Below are positions 54,010 through 64,000 of a DNA stretch of 64,000 nt, in pieces; positions within the stretch are counted from its first letter, which is position 1; each line of letters starts with the position of its first letter. The notes under the pieces were generated by a model, which had not been told where the DNA came from, did not search any database, and saw only the letters and a program-made list of their open reading frames with translations. The stretch covers positions 2,914,001 through 2,978,000 of the forward strand of contig CM106586.1 of NCBI GenBank assembly GCA_048013815.1. Reading direction: 5' to 3'. This DNA is from Setoptus koraiensis. Taxonomy: Eukaryota > Animalia > Arthropoda. The position numbers and the translations under genes were made by a program.

Positions 54010-57000
54010 AAACAACACCACAGTAGCACGTTGTTGTTGATCTTGCACCAGATCACACTCTGGCCACCGATGACCTTGATTTAAAACTGTTGTTTGTGGC
54101 GATGCCAGCCAACGCAACCATCTGTCTCATGTGGCAACCAGCCAACTATCATTAGTGTGTTTGCACGGTCAACGGCGCAACTGATTCTGGCGATGACTAT
54201 CAATGAATTCCAACGTGTTCATTCTGTATGTGTTTTGAGAGAATCTTCTTCTTTTCTAGTTCGCGCTTAACACTTAACAACGCGCAAAATCAATCTAAAC
54301 TTTATATTCTTATAGCCGAAAGTGGGCAAAATAGAAAGCGAGAGTCAATTGTTGTTATACGCTTGTCGATTGGATGCGCACGCAAATTGAAAATCATCAA
54401 GTGTCTGCTGGAATAAAAACTCTCCAATGAAATGACCGAATTTGAAGCGGCCAAAGCGGCCAAGTGGAGCAAATCTTGCAGAAGCCCATCAAAGTTTGCC
54501 TACTGCCCGGTTCAGTCTATTGACCATTACGCATTATTATATGGTCAAACCACCAGAAACCACTGTAAAATTGTGTACCAGATTGATTGCTTCTGAGAGA
54601 CAATAACAATGCAATTAACAAACTGGTGCACTCCACTAACTAGTGTAGCCGACCGCTACCAGGACACTGACCATCAATTGGCGGTCAGCTACGCTCTCTG
54701 CTCTGATGTGACCGCCCGTCCTTGGCTCGATCATACCAGTCCAGCTTGCAAGACTTGAGGATAAATTTAATTTCACTTGTTTCCCTTCATGGTGAGCAGC
54801 AGGCTCGGTTGGCTCAAATCATCAATTATTTATTAGCGCTTCTATTAGTAATTACTATACCACTACTATTAATCATACTCATTCTATGGAGGGTCCCGAA
54901 ACTACATAATACACAACCATACTTATGCTCGCTTATATATGATGATGGCCAGGGATGGCAATGTCACGATGTTCAATGTCTATTTTCTAAATCCTATTAA
55001 CATTTAAAATCTTGTTTGATTTCTAAGATTCTTAAAATAGCTACCTTCTTTGTATTCGTTTGTTTGTTTATTTGCTCTTGATCGTGATCTAATTAGATAT
55101 TTCATAGATACTTCCTCCTAGAATAGAGTACAGTCTCATCCTATAGCATCTACACTGCATGATAGATAGTGAATAGCAACTTGCAGATTGATCTTAAAAG
55201 CACAGATTGGTGAATAGAGTTCCATAGCCTCGAGCAGCACGTGATTTATTGCCAATGAATCTGGCCGTGTGCCGCCTTCGCAGTTCTGGCCACTTCTTGT
55301 GGCGAGTTGTAAGCAAATCGCCAAGGAATGGCAGACACACTTTAGATTATAGTGGACACTGTAATATCGTGGTTGTATATTCATTGAAAGCCACAAGTTG
55401 CGAAGCTCTTGAAAAGATTCTTCTGAAGATTTTTGCGCCAGATAGGATCGCTTCTTCTTTTTTGACTTGTGTCCATTTTGCTAGTCGTCTGTGTAAGGCA
55501 TACTTATGACTGTACTTCTTGCTGTCAGATGGAAAACTTCCATTCCAATGTGTCTCTCTGAATATCAACACAATCTTGTAATTTATATTAACCGAGAATA
55601 TAAATACAAATAAAACATGATAAAGAGGAGTCGATAATTATCCTTCGATTCTTGTATCAGTTCAATGACCCGAAGCTTCTTTCTCGGTCTCTGGACCATC
55701 TATTAGCATAGGTGTCAAATTGGCAAGAAATAGCCAAAATCTGCTTTTTCGTCTTCTTCTATTATCTGGTTAGTTGACGATGACCAACAACAGCACATAC
55801 AGATACACACAAACAGCAACAAATAGCCACCTTGTATATTATACGATCGACATCTAATTGTTCTCTCTTTGTTGGCGGCCACGACACACTGATACTTACA
55901 AGCAAATTACAGGTAGCAGTACAGCAGCAACAATGAGAAGAGCGATGGATAATAAATATTTGCCACTTGCCACACATATGCAATTACATCCAACCAGCAA
56001 CTATTATATCGTATGCATTGTGCTTGTTGAATACAAAAATGGTGTTTGGAGTGCGGAGCAACAGCAGCACCAACAACAGGATAGTTTGTTTTGGTGCCGT
56101 GTCAAAGCCGCCAGCCAAATTGTTTGAATGATACTCTCTCAGATGTATTAAGTGCGGCCGTCAGATACCAATTAGCGCAACCTTCATTAGCTGTTTTGAT
56201 TCTCCCATTTGAAGCGGTCTGTAGGCACATACAAAATGTATATACAAAAGTAAGTTGCCGGACTGTTTGATTATCTCGAGATAAAAATTTCTATCTAAAT
56301 AGCCTCTCTGGTTGTTTTGTCATTAACGGTATTTTCACTAGCGTATGCAAATGCGTATCATGCACACAAACATTGGCGCTGGCTGCATTGACAGTGGAAT
56401 TTGGAGCCAAGATGGCCGAGGGCCATAAATGTCGCGCCTTGTTGTGTCCATACATAACATGGTCGTATATTGGTCTGGAATGCAACGGTTTTAAATGTGG
56501 ACGAGGTGCTGTATGAGATTTGAAGAAATTCTGTATTGTGACACTGATTTTGCTGCTGCTGCTGCGATCCAACAGATGAACTGGTCCAGTCGCTACACTT
56601 GTGTCCACGTTGACCATCGGAATTGTTGAGTGTGTCTTATGGGCTCATTTGCGTGATTTAGTGGTGATTGAAAGGCGACCATCCGATGGGTGCATAATCA
56701 CAACAGTGTTTGTTTGATTTTGCGATTATCCGATCAAACAGTTATGTGTCCGTTGCTGGTCCAGATGTGTTGCCATTAATTTGATTGATTGCCATTAATT
56801 GTTGGCCATCGTACGCCACGGTGCCCATGCCGTGGTGCCGGTGTGTGTCAGCGGCGATCATTAGCGCCACTTGTTGGCTCGCCTCAACTGTCGGAAGAGC
56901 CCACTGGGGGCGCTAATTTTCTGGCTGTCGCTCGCTGCCGCTTGTGTCGCCTGAGTCGCCTGTGTCGCTCGATCGCGATCGCGCCGTCGAATCCCCCGGG

Positions 57001-58204
57001 ACTCCATTGTCGAACTATTGTGTCGAACTATTGTGTCGGGCTGAGTCTCGCTGAGTCGGCCCGGTTCTGTCGAGGGCTGCCTATAATGGGATCGCTGGTG
57101 CCATGGAGCTGCAACGCTGCACAACAATGAAAAATGGTCGAACGTTTTGCAAAGTTCTCCCTGTGGACGCCGACAGCACCAACGCGGTTCACGCGTTCCC
57201 GCTTGCGCTCGCAGGTTGTGACGCGCAACCCTTTGCGGGCTCTTGCGCACACTCGGTCGAGCGGATCGCTTGCTCGCCGCTGCTTGCTGTTGTGCTGCAC
57301 AATGTATTACATTGAACGTAACTGAGTCACAGGCTGTATCGCAGCACGCCAGTTCAATAGTGTAGCAGTGCAAGTGAGCTGCTGCTGCGGCTCGCATCGA
57401 ACTGGGCGCTATTGAGTGCATCGGTCGTCTGATAGCCGCACTGTTGTCGACTGCTCTGTTGCGATTGCTGCCCTGATCCAGAGCACGCTGCGCCATCTTG
57501 AATGCGCCATTCGCAATGTTTTGCAACGGCGCACTTGCCACTTGTGCGATACCGCGCGTGAGTCGGCCTAAGTCCTCCGACTCAGCGGTACATGTATCGT
57601 CTTACTGCCAGTAAGTTACTGGCACTGCACTGTGAAAAAACAGTGTGTGTGTGTGTACTGCACACTGTGTAGCTTGGGGCTGCTAGCTTGCGGCCAATGC
57701 TGCCGTTTTGCGGGTCTTGCACGAGACTGCACAGGCACAAATGGTGCGCGATCTGTGCGCGCATAATAGACAGCTCGCCGCCCATGAGTCGCTTGATCGT
57801 GTGTGTGTGTGTGTGTGTGCTAACGTTGCAACGTGTGATGATTGTTTTATCACAAGCGCTTGCACTCACATGCGCTCGCTAACAATTCTACACACACACA
57901 CGCACACACACAAACACACACACACGCACACAATTCCATACACACCAATCGAGTTTACACAGGCCGACGTGAATTGACATTGAAATTCGATGAGCGCAAT
58001 GTATAAATCATCACATATGTTCTACAAAATTCGTATCACACCGCACACTAGATTTGCAATAGCCAGACGAGTCCCACTGTCGACGTTATTCTCTTATCCT
58101 CCATGTAATAGAAACAATATACAATAAATCAAGCGTCAGCACATTACACAATTGCAGTCACCTCCAATACAACATAGGAAGAGAGACACTATTAGATAAT
58201 AACG

Positions 58205-59080
58205 ATGTTGCCACCTTGCTCATCGGACATCAGGCCCGGGGTCTGTTGCATTGATGAGTTTGAATTTTTAGAATTTGAACTAGAAAAAGATCAAATGTAC
58301 TATACCATTTGGGAACAAAAAGCTCGCAACTGTATCAATGAAGAACAGCAGCAACAACGAGACACCAATGATGCCAACACCACAACGGGCAATAATAGTA
58401 GGACGAGCAGTAGGATAAAAGCATCAGTGCCAGTATTAGCCACCAAGAGAACACGATCAGCAGCTAGAACATCTTCCACTAGGACAACATCAGCATCTAC
58501 AGATGACAGCGAATGTCCTGCCACAAGCTCCAAAAGATCCAGATCTAAACAGACTGTTATTGCTCAAGAACAATCATCATTGCCAACTACGCCAATTAGG
58601 TTGTCGCAACCACGACAATTGAAACGCACTCGTTCCTCAAATTCCCGTAACATTATCGCTAATAATAATAATAATAATGGGGATGTCATCAACACATCCA
58701 CCAATCACATACAGAATCACTCTATTCAGAAGAATCAATCAACAGAAACATTTATTAGATCGGACGTTGGCATTCGCGCCGTTCGTGCGCTCAAGCAAAT
58801 GGTCACTAAATCTAATCAAGACAACAATTTGGACTCTAATGGCGGCCGCCTTCCCAATGATATTTTCAATGTAACACAAACAAAGAATAGTGATAATAGC
58901 AAAAAAGTGATTAAGAAAAGAGTGATAAAGAATAAATCAGCTTCTTCATTGGATAATAATAACAGACACAACAACAATATCAAATTCAACGATGGTGAGT
59001 TTCGAGACGATGGAGATATGGAGATAGATCAAATGGAAAGAGAGATCAGAAGTATTTTGGCGGCTAAAGCCCTTCTCTGA
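58205..59080 (+). CDS. ORF with an MCM-family AAA+ Walker-B segment (GVCCIDEF...EQ...IKASVPVLA) fused to a basic Ser/Thr/Asn-rich disordered tail; truncated or degenerate MCM-like protein, or terminal exon
   Basis: GVCCIDEF is identical to the MCM Walker-B signature. EQ follows at +18/19 (MCM ...HEAMEQ at +16/17) and IKASVPVLAT resembles L-x-A-R-x-S/T-V-L-A-A. No Walker A or SRFD arginine finger in the ORF. The ORF is 291 codons. A possible phase-0 acceptor tag|ATA lies at 58195/58196. Confidence 0.6.
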   Translation: MLPPCSSDIRPGVCCIDEFEFLEFELEKDQMYYTIWEQKARNCINEEQQQQRDTNDANTTTGNNSRTSSRIKASVPVLATKRTRSAARTSSTRTTSASTDDSECPATSSKRSRSKQTVIAQEQSSLPTTPIRLSQPRQLKRTRSSNSRNIIANNNNNNGDVINTSTNHIQNHSIQKNQSTETFIRSDVGIRAVRALKQMVTKSNQDNNLDSNGGRLPNDIFNVTQTKNSDNSKKVIKKRVIKNKSASSLDNNNRHNNNIKFNDGEFRDDGDMEIDQMEREIRSILAAKALL

Positions 59081-59275
59081 TTGTCCACTGTATACTGTCT
59101 ACTATAACAAACCTTAAATCAAAATTAATGGAATCAATTTGATTGAAATCAAGATTGAAGACGACGGCGCCTACACATTATTACAAAATTATTACTATTA
59201 TTATTGCTAATTGCCACTATAACTGTTACCACAATTTCTAATAGTTTTACCATACATACATACACGGTTCACAAC

Positions 59276-59361
59276 CATGTCATTGTCATATACATATATA
59301 CACATATATGTATGTATATATACTTGTATATATATTTATATATGTATAAGACAATGACATG
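59276..59361. other. 86-nt inverted repeat (long hairpin) between convergent gene ends
   Basis: 59276-59300 pairs with 59337-59361 at 24 of 25 positions. Further TA-rich pairing extends inward to a 4-nt loop. Confidence 0.85.
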
Positions 59362-59501
59362 ACGATATACATATATATATATATATGAGTGATATATATG
59401 TATTGTCTCCTGTAAAGATTCGTCGTCTCTGTTACATCATATCTAATCAATATTTAATTATTATAATCATTAATATCAATAATGTCATCATTTATATATC
59501 A

Positions 59502-61342
59502 TCACCATACTTTACATTTATTAGTGGGATTCATCGGTGTATTCGGTGGACAATTGAACGCAGTAGAAAACTCATGCAAATTGGATAATGTACCTATGAC
59601 TCTAAAGCGACCAAGGGGGTGGCGCCAGGTTTTCAGGGCATTCAACATAGACTGGGGTGTCATGTTCTGGCACCAATTTTGGGCAAATTTTACAAAGAAC
59701 ATTTGATGATGTGTCAAGTTGAGACCAGGTAGAGTGTCCTCGGGCCCATTCTCTAACTCGTATTTCCTATAAGCTCTGAAAGCTTCCTTTAGGCCACCAT
59801 TGTCGGCAATATTTTCACCCAATGTTCTGATTCCACTGACGGACACATTCTCGTTGCGTATCTCAACGGAATAATCATCATATTGTCTTACCATACATTG
59901 ACTCCTAATTATAAAACGATCAATAGTGTTAGGATGCCACCATAATCGTTGATTTCCTTGAAAATCATGATGCCTTCCATCATTGTCGAAACCATGCGTG
60001 ATCTCGTGACCAATAATAGAGCCAATACCGCCATAATTTAGCGATTTAGGATATCTGGTGTGATATATAGGTGGCTGAAGGATACCCGCTGGGAAACTCA
60101 TAAGATTTTTCGTTCTAAGATAATGGGCATTTATGATACTTGGCGCCACTGTCCATTTGTCCCTTTCGGATGGTTGACGTAACTTAATTCGTGTTTCTTT
60201 GGCAAAGCTTTGTATTAATTGTATAACATTCTCAAAATAGCTATCGGAACTAAAATTTAAATGAACATATTCTTGATCTAACAATGGCGGATCTATTATC
60301 CACATGGGGAATCCTATATGTTGTAACATTGATCTAGCTTTAACGATGGCCTCGTTGCGCGTTTCCTCGTCCATCCAATCTACCTCTTTAAGTATCTCTA
60401 AAAAGGCCTGTCTAATATTGGCAATCATTATCTCAGCCTGTAATTTACTACTGGCATCAAAATGTTTCTTTACATATAATGAACTAACGGCCATACCCAT
60501 ATTACCATTTACATAGTCTACGCAAACCTTGTGCCTGGGCGCTTGAGATTTTGCTCCCGATATCTCGGCGGCATATTCATGTTGATTGTCAGCAAATTGT
60601 TTACCCAAGTTGTTGACGCGATTCATGACAAAGCGCCACAATAAATAATTGATCACAATTTTTTTACTAGCCGTTGTATTAATTAAATGGGCGATATCCA
60701 TGAAGAAATCGAGACCATATAGTCCAATTTGTTCTGTACTATTAATTGTAATATCGGGGAAGGCATATTTAAAATAGATATCCCAATCAATGGCGGGCGT
60801 ATACTTTTGCAATCTAGCTATCGACATCCTGTGATAGGTGGCGCCACCCTGTCTTTCGAACGGTTTTGAGATATTGGCAAGACCGGACTCAAATTCTAGC
60901 ACATCACGAATATCCTCCAACAATCTTGTATTGTTTGCTTGCAACAGTTTTGCTGTTGATATAATGTATTTCTCGTAGGCCTTAAATTGACGACTAGATG
61001 AATTGTAATAATCGGCACTGGGCAAACCCAATCCGGCCGGATACAGCCTTATGGCGTGCATGGATGAATTGTGCTCATGAGAGCCCACTGTCTGGCCAAT
61101 AATAATCTCGTTGTTGTAAGTTCTCAGGATAGCCATTAGTTGTACCCAAGAGAACTCGTTGTCTGTATCAAATTTGGCTCCAGTTAACAGTGGCCATCCG
61201 CCGAATTTGTTATTTAGCATCTGAAGTAGGGGTTCCGGTCCTCGTTTGTCTATCTGGGACTCGTTAACGCAACTCGTGTACAATGTTTTGGCCTTAATGG
61301 TGGCCTCGCTATCTGAAGCGTCGACATCGGCCTCGAGGAGAT
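59502..61342 (-). CDS. M13 neprilysin-like zinc metallopeptidase, terminal exon (catalytic domain)
   Basis: HEITH zinc motif (59994-60008) within GSIIGHEITHGFD, ENIADNGG third ligand (59802-59816), NAHY, HPLGRFR, C-terminal CKVW*. Acceptor atatacag|AT (phase 1) gives K-D-LLE...EATIKAKTLYTSC. 1841 nt. Confidence 0.96.
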
Positions 61343-61435
61343 CTGTATATTTGGGGCAACCGAGAACAGACATTAGCTATCTGTTGACCAGCGTGTAGAG
61401 ACAATGATCAGATGAAGAGATCTCTGAGAAAGTAC

Positions 61436-61543
61436 CTTTGAGTTTGTTGCCTAAATCGGTCCTCATCACACTGAAAGTGTCTATACGTGACTCGTCGCCA
61501 GGTATAGAGTGTCTTTTGGTCCAGGCTCCGCAGGCGTAATTGT
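61436..61543 (-). CDS. M13 neprilysin-like peptidase, internal exon
   Basis: caatag|AC ... (Y)NYACGAWTKRHSIPGDESRIDTFSVMRTDLGNKLK ... AAAG|gtactt. 108 nt, phase 1-1, with a 93-nt intron to the next exon. Confidence 0.92.
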
Positions 61544-61661
61544 CTATTGTTGCGGTGGTCACAAACAAAAGATGATATTATGTGTTAGGAAATGTTTTCA
61601 ATAAATTGATTTTGTCAATTTCCGTAGTGGACAGTTGAGTTGACTGGCTAGTGGTACTTAC

Positions 61662-61775
61662 AAAAGTCGCTACAAGGATCAACTGTATTGTCCATGGCCT
61701 GCAGCATTTCGGTGATGCCCAAATAATATTCGGCTCCATTCTTGAGATTAAATGCCACAGGTTGATTGGTGGAGC
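61662..61775 (-). CDS. M13 neprilysin-like peptidase, most upstream identifiable exon (5' end unresolved)
   Basis: Encodes ...EMLQAMDNTVDPCSDF, matching the M13 consensus MD.SVDPC.DF. Donor TTTT|gtaagt, then a 118-nt intron. The start is placed at aattacag|GC after a long pyrimidine-rich stretch, but alternative acceptors exist. Confidence 0.8.
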
Positions 61776-64000
61776 CTGTAATTTGATGCCAAAGTATTTG
61801 CAGCGTGCCATCATGAACAATGAAAACAAGCGAAGAAGGGAAAACATGAGGAGAGGAAATGGTCAATTAATGATGATTAATTATGGGACTCTAATTAGTT
61901 ATTCGACTGTCTCGTGGCGGCCACCAAGGCAACAAAGCTAGAATAATGCCCCCTTCTACTATATTATATGTTTCATATTCGCAATATTGAATATTGAACA
62001 TTCAATTCTGTTGCCATAGTAAAGAGAAAATTCTAAATTATCGAGCATCGCTGAAAAAGAGTTACTCGAGTGGGTGAGAGCTGAAATACTGAGAGCGGTC
62101 ACAGTATTTCAGCCGCCAGTTCAGCCGCGAACACCATTAATCAACACTAAAAATATTTTTCATAATAGACAACAACAATGGCCAACGAATAGTGTCGAGC
62201 GATAGATAGATCATATCTTTTGTAAACCTCATGATGCCGATACTTCGATACGCAACACATGATACTCAAATAGTGGAGAATTCAACGAGGATTCTATCAA
62301 CTAGAGCGCTGACCAGAAGTCAGTATGAGACAGGAAATGCAAACCCTCGACTTAATTGCGAAGTAGTCGCTGGCAGAACCTCTCTGAATCAAGCATTGAT
62401 GCGAAAAACAACTGATTTATGGTTTAGTTGTCAAACAAAAGGCACATATTGAAGTGTTAATAACTATTACTTCATCACTTGCAGCGTTATGTAACACCAA
62501 GCAACTCCTCAACACCTAATTTAATTTACCCGTATGTATTTGGCCCACTTTCGTTGCTTTGGTGCCCATACAAATTTATGTTGTGCATGATCAATTTTTA
62601 TCAATTGATCAGTATTGATGGAGATGGTGGTTCATTGCGAGTATTGCGAACGATCATAGATGAATCATTTGAGAATGACTGACCCTATTAAGCATGACAG
62701 TAGGTGTCAAGTGGTTGAGTTTGGCCAGCTGCTTTTTGTTAGAATGACTTGCTGTTTATTGTTGGTTTACTTGATTCAACGAGTCAACTGACAGAAATTA
62801 GTGTAAGAAAATCCATTCAGTCTGTGATAATAAATTGATAAAATTAACTTGTTCAATTCGAAGAAAAATAACAATAATATATAAATGTGTCTATGTATGT
62901 ATCTAACTTTATCTCGGCATTGTCTATGAATCATAGACTATGATGAATGTATCACAAACACACACACACACTCGCACACACCTTGATCTCAATCTCAATT
63001 GGATCTCATTTTATCTCATACGATCTCATCAATTTCTGCGAGCTCGCCAGAGAGAATTAATTACGGCCGACTGGTGAGTCAACTTTAAGATCGCGTTATT
63101 TTCCATTAAAGTTGTTTTGCTCCGGCAAGTCATTTATTCATTCTAGGCCATATGTGATAGACTAAACATTAGACACTAACCGAGTTCGCCAGGTGAGAGA
63201 CAAAGGCGAGCTATGTGTAGATGGTTTTATGGGTTCATCATGAGCGCGCCGAAGCAATATCTCATTAATCGTTTCTAAAGGTATATCCACTGGTTTCATT
63301 ATGATGTGCAGTGGTGGAGCTCGTAAAAAAGTGGAACAACACCATTGGATAATCTAGTCTAATCTAGTGTTTATTCGGGCCGCCTCTTACAAGAGTAAAA
63401 TAAAATAAAATAAAATTTATTTAGTTGACTGGCCGGGCCGTTATCGGTTATAGTGTGTGTATTATAGTGTATTGGAAATACAACTACTACTACTACTACT
63501 ACTATTTCTACTTCTACTTAATCGAAGACACAGATAACTGGCTGGCATTAGACGCCCAAACAATTGGTGGTAATAGTTGAAATTGTGTTGAAATTGCACA
63601 ATATCGATGGCGCGAATCCTCCAATGGCACACAAACGAATTACTATTTGCGAAGAGTTACACCTGATTTCTTTTATTTGAAATCGCTGCCGCCTTGCCAC
63701 TAGTGGCAAGGCAGCAGCACTCGGTGTGCGGGCTTTATTGCGGCAGCACAACATGACGACACAACATTACATAACGACATTTGTATGCAGTCATGGATTA
63801 TGACCGCAACGACAACTACCTGTGTCTGCCGCAACATCTGACCGCTAAGCCATATATATATATATATATATATATAGATCTTGGACTAGAGAGAGAGAGC
63901 GAGCGAGCGAGAGAGGCGTCGGCCTGGCCGCCTCGACAGGTGGCCGGGCCGAGAAGTGGCCAGGGAAAGAATCGGCGTGAGTGGTCACTTTTGAACAATC

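Noticed and set aside
56861-57541. 226-aa minus-strand ORF
   Set aside because: Low-information Ala/Arg/Ser/Gln sequence in a GC-rich patch, no motif. More likely UTR or intron.
1915-57834. Individual 12-14-bp perfect palindromes (1915, 14849, 23484, 35004, 57823)
   Set aside because: About 16 12-bp and about 4 14-bp palindromes are expected by chance in 64 kb.
1-64000. tRNA, rRNA, snRNA, conserved miRNA, transposase or reverse-transcriptase sequence
   Set aside because: No diagnostic motifs recognised by eye. A tRNAscan-SE, Infernal or RepeatModeler run would be needed to exclude them fully.

Overview
Eukaryotic (arthropod) genomic DNA. The Asn/Gln-rich low-complexity proteins, short introns and intron-poor neprilysin suggest a mite-type compact genome, but that is inference. 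About 46-54 kb of the window is one minus-strand sidestep/nephrin-family cell-adhesion gene (5 Ig + FN3 + TM + very long low-complexity cytoplasmic tail ending in a PDZ-type motif, ...HTDV*). I assembled exons 2-9 (490-13767) by eye with GT-AG boundaries and matching phases. A probable signal-peptide exon at about 46.0-46.6 kb implies a GC-rich first coding intron of about 32 kb that is full of microsatellites, short tandem duplications and palindromic motifs. Right of about 53.4 kb the sequence becomes AT-rich. It holds a plus-strand ORF with an orphan MCM Walker-B segment fused to a disordered tail (58205-59080) and, converging on it, a minus-strand M13 neprilysin-like metallopeptidase (59502 to at least 61775; 5' end unresolved), with an 86-nt hairpin between their 3' ends. 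I recognised no rRNA, tRNA, CRISPR array or autonomous transposon. The most unusual observations are a 360-aa in-frame insertion with furin-like sites inside the first Ig domain, candidate alternative C-termini, and the truncated MCM-like ORF. All gene models are manual and need RNA-seq or homology confirmation.
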